From the human T2T-CHM13v2.0 reference genome, Homo sapiens, in NCBI RefSeq assembly GCF_009914755.1, contig NC_060927.1: DNA of 64,000 bases; one strand, given 5' to 3'. Position numbers and translations under genes: made by a program. How positions within the stretch are numbered: position 1 is the stretch's first letter; the number at the start of each line of letters is the position of its first letter. Under the pieces are notes generated by a model that was given only the letters and a program-made list of their open reading frames with translations, had not been told where the DNA came from and ran no database searches. This document shows positions 1-13,524 of the stretch, in pieces.

Positions 1-200
1 TGTCAGATATTGTACTATGTGACATAATATAATTTATTTCATAATCCCAACACTCTTAGGAGGCAAACACTGTAACAGCCTTTTACCGATGAGATAGGGA
101 GCAGTGAGTGAGTAGTCCAAGGTCACACACTGTAATGGTGGAACTAGAATTTGAACTCAAGCATTCTGCCCCTGCATTTCTGCTCTAGTTTATTACATTT
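1..200 (-). mobile_element. MIR SINE fragment
   Basis: Antisense MIR core: 'ttttaccgatgag...tccaaggtcacacactgtaatggtggaactagaatttgaactcaagca'. Confidence 0.75.
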
Positions 201-374
201 TACTAACCTGTCCAGCATTTCTGGGGCTTAAAAGGTGTGGGTTGCATTGTATATTTTAAATTCAAGGACAGTAAGCCATGTATTGGTTCTGATGTAGTTC
301 AGTAAAAATTTGCTCAAGTATTTGATATGGGGGAGAGATTCACAAGTTTATGTCCATTTTCTATTGATGGAGAT

Positions 375-555
375 CCATAGTTCTCAATGTGTGGTCCCCA
401 CAACAGCAGAATGGCAATACCTGGGCTGCTACAATTGCAAATTCTCAGTCCCTAACCTAGATGTATTGAATCAGAAATTTGTGACTGGGACCCCTGCTGT
501 GTTTCAACAATTCCTCTGGGTGAGTCTGGTACACTCTCAAGTTTGGGAATAACTG
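375..555 (+). mobile_element. MER5A (hAT-Charlie MITE)
   Basis: Starts 'ttctcaatgtgtggtcc', internal 'tgcaaattctc...tgaatcagaaa', ends 'gtttgggaataactg'; 8-bp TSD ATGGAGAT/ATGTAGAT. Confidence 0.85.
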
Positions 556-959
556 ATGTAGATAACACAAACTCTTTTCTAGTGGTAAATTAGCTCACCA
601 CAAATTAAAGAAATTTATTCTTTATATTTCCTAAATTTATATACAAGATTCTAAGAGCAACTAATTGTGTTCCTGTGTCCAAAAACCCTATTCTCACCAA
701 AATGTTTCCATTACTCTGGATCAAAAGACAAAGCCTCTTAACTTGATCTAAAATGCTTGGTTTTCTTATTGCCCTACCTTCCTCTCCCGTCTCACCTTGA
801 ACTAGGCTCTCCTTTGCACTCTGATTTTCAGCCACAGGCCATTCAGTCCTTAATGGTCAAATCATTTCACTGCACAGGTGTTTTGTACATGGCTTTCCCA
901 AATTTGTTAATCGTATTTTTTACTTCTCTACTGAACTCCAGTTCAGTCATTGATTTTAA

Positions 960-1282
960 TTTATTTATTTGTTTGTTTGTTTATTTATTTATTTATTTAT
1001 TTGAGACAGGGTCTCACTCTGCCACTCAGGCTGGAGTGTAGTGGTGTGATTTTGGCTCACTGCGACCTCTACCTCCAAGGTTCAAACAATCTTCCCACCT
1101 CAGACTCTCAAGAAGCTGGGACTATAGGTGTGCACCACCATGCTCAGTTGATTTTTTATTTTTGTAGAGACGAGGTTTCTCTATGTTGCCCAGGCTGGTC
1201 TCCAGCACTTGGGCTCAAGGGATCCTCCAACCTCGGCCTCCCAAAGTGCTTACATTAGAGGCTTAGGCCACTACACCCTGCC
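960..1282 (-). mobile_element. AluJ-lineage SINE, full length, (TTTA/TTTG)n tail
   Basis: 'gagacagggtctcactct...gggctcaagggatcctcc' J-type diagnostics; T-rich tail on + strand. Confidence 0.93.
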
Positions 1283-2109
1283 TAGTATTCATTTTCTTAG
1301 CAATCCTTCAGCAATTCTGTGATAAGCAAGTCCTTATTAATCTTGTGGCTGCAAGGATCTGTCTCTTAAAGCCTGTATTGCAGTTGCACTTTTATAATTA
1401 CTAAGATTAATACTGCCCATCTATCCTGCTTGGACTGTGATCTTCATTTAGTCAGGTACCCTAAGTAGCCTTTGATCATATGGTGATTCACTGAATAAGT
1501 GAATGCATACATTTCTCTCATTTCTTTAAAGTTCCAAGCATGGCATGGTTTTTCATGAATTAGAAAATTGATATTTTGTCTTTTCAAAAATCAGTTAAAG
1601 GGTTGTCTACTTAAAGAAACTCTTTCATTCTTTTGTTAAAATATGTGTACAGAACTGAGTGCATTATCCATGAAGCTGTTCAGCTTTTTAAATAGCAGTA
1701 CTAACACAACACAAGGCAATCCTTTTTCGAGTACCTTATTGAAAATCTAATGTAAACTCTGTACTCTCTTTTTCAAAAACATTTCCTACTCGGTATATAA
1801 TTTCATAGAAATCACAGACTTGCTGAAGTCCATGTAAATCCACTATTTTAGATAGTTTTATCCTATGATAATTCAATTTTGTCCTGTTTCAAATTGTGTT
1901 TTACTTACAGTTATTCATTTGGACAAAGGTGATGGTAATTCCTAAATTAATAATTAAAATATTTTTGTGATTATATACACTTTTTTACACATTAAAGATT
2001 TTATATTTGTAGATCCTTCTTAAAATATAAAAGACCATACAATATAATCAATATTCTAACATTTCATGATTCCTGAGTAGAAAAGGGGCCTGGCTAAATA
2101 AACGTCATT

Positions 2110-2270
2110 TCTGGGATTCTAAAACTTTAGAGATACAAAAGACTTTAGACATGAGCTATCCAGACATTTTATTTAAGGCTGATAGAACTGAAGCCTAAAT
2201 ATGATAATTGACTCATTAAAGATCAAACAATTAGGAGGCAGAACCAAAATTAGAGCTCAGGTCTATGACA
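2110..2270 (-). mobile_element. MIR-family fragment
   Basis: 'gatagaactgaagcctaaa...ggcagaaccaaaattagagctcaggtct' resembles antisense MIR core. Confidence 0.55.
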
Positions 2271-2366
2271 TTTGACTATGACATTTAAAAAATAATTTGG
2301 AGACAGGTGTACTTTATTAAATAGCAGAATCCATAAAACTTAAAATAATTAAATCACTTTGAAAAG

Positions 2367-2966
<600 letters not shown>

Positions 2967-3229
2967 TCTTAGTTTATTTTTTAAAAATATTTTTAAGTTT
3001 TTGACTACATATGTCTTGGTGTATGTAGTCAATTTTTTAAAATTTAATTTATTATGTTCTTACAGTGAAAATAAGATTATTCACCAGAATAATTAAATAA
3101 ATAAAAAATACTAGGGGTCTCTAAGTCAGTAAATAACCGACCAAGAGAAAAACAAAACAAAATATAATTGTCCATCTAAAACAGGGAATTGGAAATGGGA
3201 CCAAGAGTTATTAATGATGATAATGATGA

Positions 3230-3450
3230 TGATGCCTGCTTACCAAGCATCTACCATATATCAGGTACTCTAGATAGTTTATTGTGTTTTATTTCTTTTT
3301 TTTTAAACAAAGCAGATACTATTCTTAATTGTATACAAGAAGCAGCTGAGCTTCCAGAAATGTAACTTTCCCAATGATACATAATTGCTAACTTCTACAA
3401 GCACAGGCTAATTTTGAGAAAAGCACATTTGAGCCATTGTACTACACTAT
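3230..3450 (-). mobile_element. MIR fragment
   Basis: 'taccaagcatctaccatatatcaggtactct...gctgagcttccagaaatgtaactttcccaatgatacata'. Confidence 0.55.
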
Positions 3451-3582
3451 TTACTGTCACTTGGAACAAATACTTATTTTGGCCTCCATTTCTTTATAAA
3501 ACAAGAAAATTCTACATCTACTTAACGGATATGTGTAAAATACATTTAAAAAAACTTCTAATTATAATATCTTCCTACAGAG

Positions 3583-3750
3583 CAGTGGTCCTCAAGCTTT
3601 GGTGTACATAAGACTCCAGGAAGAGTATTTTTGAAAATATCTCCCATTCAGCACTTACTACCAGAGATTCTGATTCAGGAAGTCTTGTGTGGGAACTAGT
3701 AATCTGCATTCTCTTATGTCAATTCAGGCGTAAACGTAGTCCCACTCACC
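3583..3750 (-). mobile_element. MER5A/MER5B (hAT MITE)
   Basis: 'cagtggtcctcaagcttt...ccagagattctgattcaggaagtct...aatctgcatt', reverse orientation relative to the copy at 375. Confidence 0.75.
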
Positions 3751-4032
3751 TAGTGATTAAGAATAAGATTAGACTTAAGAAAAGTATTACGAAAAAGATT
3801 CACTTTGTGCCTCCAGGAACAAAGATCCCAATCCCTAAACCTTGTCTTGAACAGGTGCATCCTGTAACAGATTAATTGCACAGCTGTTTGAATCAGAAAA
3901 GCTCCAGAGTATTTGTTCTGAGTGAAAAGAAAAGTTATGGCGTATGTTGGAATAAAAATCCAATTGTGGTAAATAAGTAACAAATTGATCCATTGATTAT
4001 ACTTCACAATTAATACTACCCATGTTCCAAGG

Positions 4033-4417
4033 CAGCGGTCCCCAACGTTTTTGGCAGCAGGGACCAATTTTGGGGAAAACAATTTTTCCACAGAAGTAGG
4101 CAGGGTTAGTGGGTGAATTAGGGGCTGGGGGGCGGGAGGTGTTTTGGGGATGAAACTGTTCCACCCCACATCATCAGGCATTAGTTAGATTCTCGTAAGG
4201 AGTATGCAACTTTGCAGCCTAGGTGCCTTGCATATGCAGTTCACAATAGGGTTCCTGCTCCTATGAGAATCTAATGCCGCCCCTGAATCTGACAGGAGGC
4301 GGAGTTCAGGCGGTAATGCTGGCTTGCTGGCCCGCAGCGCACCTCCTGCTGTGTTGCTTGGTTCCTAATAGGCCAGGGACCAGTACCGGTTGGCGGCACA
4401 AAGGTTAGGGACCCCTG
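4033..4417 (+). mobile_element. MER1B (hAT-Charlie3 MITE)
   Basis: TIRs 'cagcggtccccaac' / 'gttagggacccctg'; internal 'gatgaaactgttccac...cattagttagattctc...cctatgagaatctaatgccgc'. Confidence 0.92.
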
Positions 4418-4678
4418 TTCTAGGCGTTCTTGGATTTAAGAACTCAGCTGCTGAGTAGATGAAAGAGACCAAGAATCAATGATAGACGCTTAATATGATT
4501 TGAAAGAGGTTTATCTATCTTTTCAAAATCAGCATTAAGTAGAGATGTACAGGATGATAAATTATCATACCACTGCTAAAATGTGCATCTGAATAAAAGG
4601 GCATACGTAAGTTTTTATTTAATTTGCTTTAAAATTGACCTGAGATTATTTTAATTTTATATGTCTTTAAAGACATCA

Positions 4679-5012
4679 TTTTTATTTTTATTTTTATTTT
4701 TGTGACAAAGTCTTGCTGTGTTGCCTAGGCTGGATTGCAGTAGCGTGATCAGCTCACTGTAACCTCAAACTCCTGAGCTCAGGCAATCCTCCTACCTCAA
4801 CCTCCCGAGTAGCTAGGAGTACAGGTGGGCACCACCATGCTCAGCTAATATTTTTTTATTTGACTTTATTTTTTTAATTTTTTTTTTGTTTTTGTGCAGA
4901 CTGTGTCTCACTTTGTTGCCAGGGCTGGTCATGAACTCCCAGCCTCAAACCATCCTCTCACCTTGGCCTCACAAAGTGTTGGAATTACAGGTGTGAGCCA
5001 CTGCGCTAGGCC
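4679..5012 (-). mobile_element. AluJo-like SINE with expanded middle A-rich linker
   Basis: 'aacctcaaactcctgagctcaggcaatcctcc'; TSD AAGACATCATTT/AAAACATCATTT. Confidence 0.92.
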
Positions 5013-5989
5013 CAAAAACATCATTTCTAACCACTGTATGAGTCAACTTAAAATCTGGTGATCTAGGAAAAAAAATCTAACTGTGTGTCACTGCTTTCAC
5101 TGTGTTTTTATAAGTAAAGTAAAATGTAGTTAGGGCACGTCATTCCAGTATAATATTTATACCAATTGTGTGAATATTTTATATACAAAAAATGTGCTTT
5201 AAGGTGGCTTACACTATACTTAGCATGTGTTAACATGGTCTTGGGTAATCACCAGTGTATTTGATGCTTTCCAGCAGTTTAAAATAATCAATGTTGCTTC
5301 TGTCACACTCCCTGTATCTTGGTTGGCATTTACAATGCAAAGTAACTGTTTTTACACAAGATCTTAGATGCTATTATTCTTGATTTAAAATAACTGCTTG
5401 GTCAGGATACTGACAAAAATAGTGACAAGGAAAAGAAGCTGGGTATATAATAGTATTAACTGTATTTCAGTGTGATTTCATTGGTTTAATTTAAATATAC
5501 TTCATATAATCAAAAGTAATTATATTGTGAGGTGATAATGCATAAAATCAAGCAGAGATTTGAAATTTGATGTTATTTTTATTTTTACCCTAAGCCTAAA
5601 TTATACTTTTAAATTTTTGTTCAATATATTTCCTAGAAAAAATAATAGTAAATTATATGAGACATAAAAATACCCTACAATTTTCTATTAAATACAGCTT
5701 TAGGTTGCCATTTGTTCCAAGGGATATTTTAAATCAATTTTCTGAAGTTATATATAAGAAAGGCTTCATGCTTTGTCATTTCAATTAATTCTTTGTTAAT
5801 AAACTCATATAAATTACACGTATATATTTATATAGCTAGTTTATAGATCAGATTGTAATTGTTATTTTAGACATTGAAATAGATTTTAAATATATTTAAC
5901 TAAAACTTAGAGTGAGTCATGGAATGTGACTAACATGTACTGTCTGTATATCTTGTATACATAACATATATATGATTTTATTTTATGTA

Positions 5990-6428
5990 AAATTGGCCCT
6001 TGAAGAACACAAGGATCAGGGGCATCGATCCCCATGTAGTTGAAAATCTGTTAATAACTTTTGACTCCTCCAAAACTTAACTACTGATAGCCTACTGTTG
6101 ACTGGAAGCCTTACCAATAACATAAACAGTAGATTAACCTATAGTTCATGTTACATATATACTATATACTGTAATCTTATAATAAAGTAAGCTAGAGAAA
6201 ATAAAATATTATTAAAAAGTCAGAAGAAAGAGGAAATATATTTAGTATTCGTATGGGGGAGGTTGGTCATCCTATTCTTCATTCTTGTCGTTTTCCTGTT
6301 GAATAGGCTTTGGAGGATGAAGAAGAAGAGGAGGTAGTCTTGCTGTCTCAAAGGTGGCACAGGTGGAAGAAAATCCATATTTAAGTGCACCCACACAGTT
6401 CAAACCTGTTTTGCTCAATAGTCAACTC
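5990..6428 (-). mobile_element. Tigger2a (TcMar-Tigger non-autonomous)
   Basis: Degenerate TIRs 'aattggcccttgaagaacac' / 'ttgctcaatagtcaactc' flanked by TA; internal 'cctactgttgactggaagccttaccaataacataaacagt', 'aataaagtaagctagagaaa'. Confidence 0.9.
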
Positions 6429-8092
6429 TATTTCAAAAATTTAACGTCAAAAACTACACTGTAATCTTCAAATGTTCATAGTTTACCTTAGATAATGTCT
6501 TAAGGTAAATTAAAAGAGCTATGGATTATCAATAAATTGTGAAATTCCATGCAATTTGCAATGACAGCAGTCGTTATTTAAACCTTGAAACTTACCTCGA
6601 AACATTTTAATGCTCATCAGCTCAGTTGAGAGAGAGCACAGATTGCTCCAGGTCAGCAGAGAAACGATTTATTTCACAATTTAGCTCTCTAAATAACTTT
6701 ATATTCTCTCATTAAGAACAGCAGTACAGGAAATCATTTACTGATCATTTTACAATGCACATAATATCCTTTGCATGCTTAGGCAACTATATGTTGATTT
6801 ACAAATCAGGACAGACATCAAAATTACTGAACTTAGAAAATAATTCACGGTGTCAGTGTGAATAAATTTTTAGATTTTGACAATATATTTAGTGCAATGA
6901 AATAAGTTTCTTTTATCATGAACAAATTTGAAAAGTATTCAAGCAGGACTCCTAAACCATTTGCTCTGAATTATTGGCTTTATGATTTTAATACCATTTT
7001 TATGTCACTTTGTGGTAACCTTGTGAGAGCATAACAAACACAAGAAAAGGAGATCAGTTATGGATTAGCAAGTATATTTCTTACCCTTTAAAGAAGTTAG
7101 GGGAAAATTATGTCACAATCAGATTTATCTTAATACATCTAGATTTCCTATAAGAATGAGCTGAAGTGATAAATAAAAATAAGTATAAACAAAAATTTGG
7201 GATAAAAACAACATACAAATGTATATACACATATATTTATGTGTATGTAGATACAGCTGTAGATATATTTATTTGTAGCTAACAGGAATATTACATCTGC
7301 TACTTGTGAATATGAAAGAATAGAGAAATTAGAGAACAAAGTAAGAATGAAAATAAAATAAACAAAGAACAGTTATTGAAACAGTAGACTCAATTTTTCA
7401 AAATAATAGAAAATTTTAGGTTGGGGTTTTTTCCTGTTGATTTTCTTCCTTTAAGTCTTTTTATTTCTGAGCAAGAGTTTTTTTTGGAAAAACCAAAGAT
7501 AATATGTATTTTACTAATGTAAAGTAAAATTTATTTAATTATTAAATATAAATTAAATAGAAAATGCATCCCATGTTATGGTTTTCATAAAGGGGATAAG
7601 TTCACACATACAGCTAAAGTATTTTGTTGTAATCATAGTTTTACACTGTTGTGATAAGTATATTAACACACAAAATTATTCATTTTGTTGCGGAAAAGCC
7701 AATCCTCATTACTTTCAAAAAAGCTACAAATAGACAAATAGCTCATTTGGTCATTTTCAAGTTTAATATTTTGAGAACATTTAATCTATTTGTGAGTCCA
7801 GTTCTGATACTGTGCCCTATGTGCCATGTCCACAAGACTTGATCCTTCACAAAGACGTTTTTTGCTATTCATTTAACAGTTAGTAGATGTTACTCAAAAT
7901 TCAATTTCATGCTTAAACAATAGACACAAATCTACGTTCGTAAAGAGAAAACCTGTCTTTAGACAAAGCATTTGAACACTAGGAAAAAGGAGCAAATGAC
8001 ACAACTTTCAGGTAATTCTCCTTTTTACTTGTCTTCCTGTAAAACCAGTCCTAATTATATTTTAAGAATGCAGATCACAAACACTTCCTTGA

Positions 8093-8134
8093 TGTGTGTG
8101 AGTCTGTGAGTGTGTGTGTGTGTAAGAGAGAGAG
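8093..8134. repeat. Imperfect (TG)n then (GA)n microsatellite
   Basis: 'tgtgtgtgagtctgtgagtgtgtgtgtgtgtaagagagagagg'. Confidence 0.85.
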
Positions 8135-8697
8135 GCGTTATGTTCTCTTTGTTTCTCAATCCACAGACTCATACATAGAAATTTATAGATATGAATGTGA
8201 TGCTCATTAGATAGAATAAAATTATTATAAGAAATATAAATAAATATAACTGGAGGAAGAAGCCTGACTCTATTGCTCTCCATCTAAATTTTGTACCTAA
8301 GCCAAAGATGGTTTAGCTTTCATAGTTTGCAGCAAATACTAAGTACCTTATTTGGGAAGTAGAAAATAAATAGTAATTATCGTGTTGATTCTGTAACATA
8401 AAATCTACAAAGAATGATTTTTTCAAAATGGCTTTCAAAATATCAAATCAATACAGTTAATATGATGATATTTTTATTTATTACTAGACATATTTATGCA
8501 ATATATAAGTTAAATTTGAACTCTGCAAAATGACATTTATGGTTCTGATAATGCCATCATTTTTCAAAATAACATTTTCTAGAATATCTTCTATGTAAAT
8601 GTGTGAATATTGGTACATTATAATCTTAGGACTATTTGTTAACAATAACCTCAGTTTTTATTACCTAACTTGAGTCAATATTTCTTCTCCTTTTCAG

Positions 8698-8859
8698 TTT
8701 GGAGAAATGTTAATTGAAAAGCTATCCCAATATTTAGTATGTATGAAGTCCCATGCAGGGTACAGATGGCATCTTAACCCCATCCATATGTTTAAAGCAT
8801 CTCGTTCATTTGGAAGTCTTACAGGCACCAAAACAATCATGGAGAGAAGTGGTCTTTAA
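8698..8859 (+). other. Candidate cryptic or alternative exon (unverified)
   Basis: Branch-like CCTAAC, pyrimidine tract and CAG at 8695-8697; phase-0 frame open for 53 codons to TAA 8857-8859. Confidence 0.2.
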
Positions 8860-9583
8860 ATTTTAATTTTATCAAAATAAACCAGATCTCTTGTGTATAA
8901 ACCATTGCCAAAAACGGATTTTCTTCAAACAGACAGCAAGCCAAACCCATTTGTAAAGGCCAAGGAAAAGACTGATTACGTATGCCTTTGATTATATGAG
9001 AGTTAGATTGAATTATCTTTGTTTTGGCTATGTTATTTTTGTTATGCATACACTTTCTAGATTATTTTTAAATACCTCTCAAGTGGCTTGAGGCTCTTTT
9101 CTAAGTATTTTTGTGTTTTACTCTCCATTTATTTAATTATCTGTTATCTTGTGATATACTATAAATTCATGAACATATCTGGGATTAATATACATTAAAT
9201 ATAAGCATATTTATGTATACATGTACCAATGTTTTATCCAAATCCTAACTAGTAATATTTTCATCTTAATATACAATAGGAATTAATTTTCTAGATTTTG
9301 CTTTTCTATATAAAAATGGCACCTTTTGATAAATTTTGATAAACAGATTGGTGAGATGCCTGTGCATTTCCTATTCAATATCTTAATGGAAATAGTCAGG
9401 CTAGCTTCTTAGGTTTCCATTTGATAAGACAGTAGTCTGTATTTTGGGGTGACATGAATAATAGTCTTATTAAGCTCCTAAATTAAGATATAGTAACAAA
9501 CATAAGCTACAGCTTATTGCCTTGACTAAGTTTGGTGAAAAATTATATAGTAAATATATTTTTACCTGAATTTAATGCTCCAC

Positions 9584-9731
9584 TTTAAAAAAGAAACACA
9601 TATACAACTTTTTAAAAATCTATTTTATTGCTTAAGCCATGATTTAAAAGAAACACACACACACACACACACACAAACATACATATATATATAACTTTTT
9701 AAAAATATCTTTTTATTGCTTAAGCCATGAT
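9584..9731. repeat. Tandem duplication of a ~60-bp unit; second copy holds a (CA)n/(TA)n expansion
   Basis: 'aaaagaaacaca...aactttttaaaaat...ttttattgcttaagccatgatt' occurs twice. Confidence 0.92.
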
Positions 9732-10999
9732 TCTTCAATAACAAGTCAAACTTCATTTCTCTTGAGTCTGAAAACAAGCCAAGATTTATTGGAAGGTGAA
9801 GAGAAGGAAATTGCATCAGTGATGACTGGTTTTGGAATGATGTTAATTTAAATATAAAATTTAAGGAAAGAAGCCATTATCAGATTAGAGTTTCATATCT
9901 CAGAGAAATGTTGCCCTAAACACCTTTTAATAACTCTTCCTAAAGAAAATAACATAAATAAGTTCATATTAACAGCTAAAGTGTTTCAAAATGGGAAGAA
10001 GCTCTTTGAGTCATAATTCCAATTTCAAGAATTAATTCGCCCCTCTTCTAGTCCTGAAACACATTAATGTGCTTGTTTATGGATTTTAAAAATGTAGAAG
10101 GAAAATTATAGAAAAAAAAGTATGCCTGAGAGTGTCTTCACTCTTCCCAGAAAACATTCCTATATGCCTGCGGTTGCTTTCAAAACTAAGCTGGTGAACC
10201 ATGAGGGAATTACAGTTTTATCAACAGCCTTATTCTGCACCAGCAGCAGGTGCATAAGCTTGATGACCTGCAAGGTCACTGGTGCCACTGAACCCAAGTT
10301 TCTGGCAGTAGTCACTTTGTGTTAAAACCATTATTGATGGTAGTCCAAGCAAGGTAGCAATTGCCAAGGAATAAGCTGAAGTACTAGATGTTGCTTTTAA
10401 AACATAGAGGAAAGAAAGAATGAATGAAAAAAAGAAAACAGATTCAGGCGCTTGGCTTATTTCTTATATGACTACTGCCAAATGCAGCCAACGCATGGCC
10501 ATGGGAGTTGGCGCTGCAGGAGAGGCAGACATTCCACATGGAGGAAGTTGGAAGGACTGAAAAGTCAACGCTAAAACTGAAGGCAAAGATTGCCAAGTCA
10601 AATGCTGAATTGTGCAAGTACAGGATGTTTTCCTTTCTGTTTTTTCACAATGAAGCATTTATTTTACTCCCTCCTGTTTTGTTCAAAGACTAATGTTCTC
10701 AACTTTCACTCACCAAATTGCCGTGGTTTTGTTACTCATTTATACAACAATTGTAAGTAAATAGGGTCATTTAAGTAGCTTTGCTGGTAAAATAATTAAA
10801 GTTTAAAACAAACAGGAAAAAAAGTAGAACAGTCACTGGTGAACCCAGCTCCAAATATGTAAATGTTTTACCATGTTTTCTTTAGATTTAAAAAAGTGAA
10901 ATGAATTTAGTGATATCCCTGCCATGTGAATCCTTTAATGTTAATACATTAATATGAGCCCATGATAATATACAGTATTTATTTCAAATTTATATTAAT

Positions 11000-11093
11000 G
11001 GTTTTGCTTACTGTTTCATGCTTATTGTCTAGGATAGTAGCTGCCACATAGAAGATTCTCCAAAAAGAATAAAAATGTTTGACTGAATGACTG
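11000..11093 (+). mobile_element. L2 3' end
   Basis: 'tgtctaggatagtagctgccacatagaagattctc...aaatgtttgactgaatga'. Confidence 0.6.
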
Positions 11094-11104
11094 CTAACAC
11101 ACTG

Positions 11105-11295
11105 ATAGGTTATCCCTTTGCAATTTCCTTTTTCACTCAATATTATGTTTTTTATATTGTTCATGTTCATTGTTCATGTTCAGATTTTTCAGATGCTACA
11201 CAATACTTGTCTGTGACTATTTAACAGTTTAATCACTCTGATGTTCATTTATGTTGCTTAATTTTTTTAACTCCTACAAACAATATCCAATAAAC
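11105..11295 (-). mobile_element. Old L1 (L1ME-like) 3' fragment
   Basis: 'tttgcaatttccttttttcactcaatattatgttttt...tacaaacaatatccaataaac'-type antisense L1M 3' UTR pattern. Confidence 0.5.
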
Positions 11296-11629
11296 TTTAA
11301 ATAAGAATAGCAAATTAAGTTCAACATCATTACACTGACACCATGTTTAAGATGTGGCAGAATGTTTGATGTTCGATTTGAGGATTTTGGATTCCTTGGA
11401 ATAAAGGGAATTAATTCATTTTCATCATTATCACCAATAATGCCATATCATAAAAGTTTAAAAGAATTTATTAGTTTAGAGACTCCCTGCTTTTTAACAA
11501 AAATTAAATCCAGAGGAGATATAATTTCTATTTTTTAGGGGAGTACATATTTTCTAGGTTTTTGTCTTCCATGGTAATAGGACATTGACATATCTAAAGC
11601 TGCATATGAGTTCAAAACAGAAGGGAGAA

Positions 11630-11795
11630 GTTTCTGAGTGTCTTCTATGAGCAGCTATTGCTCTAGGCATTGAGGATGTGGCCGTGAACAAAAGCATCTG
11701 TTCATATGTTCATTCATTCAATAACACTATATTATACCTTTTTTTGGGGCAAGTGAGGTCTTGAATGCTAAAAATTTAAAGGCAAATATCAGACT
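11630..11795 (-). mobile_element. L2 3'-end fragments
   Basis: 'ctgagtgtcttctatgagcagctattgctctaggcattgaggatgtggccgtgaacaaaa' and 'ttcattcattcaataa'. Confidence 0.6.
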
Positions 11796-12203
11796 TTTCG
11801 TTGATCTAATTTAAAACTTTATTCAAATTTACTAAATGCTTTGCCTCTGCTTATTTATGCCAGCTTTACAATTTAGAGAAGTGGCACTTTTCGATAATTA
11901 AAAACAAAAAATAAGCAAGAAAGAATAAAACTATTTGGTAAGGAGATGAAAATAGGAAAAATCTAAAGTTAATTTTAAAAAAGTGCCTCAGAGAATAGGT
12001 AAAAAATAGAGGTCCAGCAAAGTTAAAGAACTTTCCATAAAAGTTGTGTCAACCATAGTACTTGGAGCTAGGTAACGTTCACTAAGCACAGGATGGGTTT
12101 TTGGTTTAAATATTATATACCATTTTAGAGGGAGCATGGAATCAAAAAGTTTTGTGAATCTCCTCGTAACAACATTAATTGTAAAATTAAGATAAGAGTA
12201 CTT

Positions 12204-12659
<456 letters not shown>

Positions 12660-13384
12660 TCACCTTTTTCTTTGGAGATGGGGGGAGCTAAAGGGGAAAG
12701 CAATGTAGAAGACAGCAACAACATGTGTTGCTATACTTTATTCTTGTTACACTGCATAATCCTTGCCTTATTGCACTTACCTGACCCATTTTAGAGATTT
12801 GTCCACTTGTAAATATGCCACAGTCTCCGTTTTATTCTTCTTTGGGAAGTAATCTGGTATGCATAAATACCTAATTTGTGAGTTAATAACATCTGTTCCA
12901 GGAAAGTTATTGTACAAGAAGGGAAATCATGGCCTTACATTTTTAAATAAGTTTTCTTGAAATGTGATCACAGCACCATACTGTAACATTTGGTGTCTAT
13001 CTTCTTGGTCAGTTTATAAATTGAAACTGATGCTACAGTATCACATGGGGAAATAAAATTCACTTAATTAGAAAATTATTAGATAAGAAAATTTTACTGG
13101 AGTGTAAAAGTCACCTGGAAAATGAACGTAATCAATTATTTAAAACAAGAAATTCTGTTGGAGTTAACAGAGGAACAGAGTCACATAAAGTTCACTCAAA
13201 TAGCAGCAAATCTGGCAGAATACCTGCAGTAAAATGTGCTTACCATAAAACTGATTTTCAGAAATTGAATGAGTGGATTGAAGGGGGAATTTGATAGTAA
13301 ATCACTTACTTACCTCTTCATACAACCATTTTATATCTCTTGTAACCTAGAAAATGATTCTACATATTGCAAAAACAGGGAATT

Positions 13385-13411
13385 TGTGTGTGTGTGTGGG
13401 GGGGGGGGTGG
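13385..13411. repeat. (TG)n followed by G11 run
   Basis: TG repeat then 11 consecutive G at 13398-13408. Confidence 0.9.
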
Positions 13412-13524
13412 TAATTTAGCTAAAATTAAGGCCAACATTTTTCAATATTAAAAATATGTGATCCATTATACTTGAATAGCAGTTCAATATTATGGGAATT
13501 ACTATTTCTGATTTTTGTGTGTAG

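Noticed and set aside
3750-4181. Longest ORF in the track (143 aa, - strand)
   Set aside because: Starts inside MER1B and runs into AT-rich flank; no domain-like sequence or exon context.
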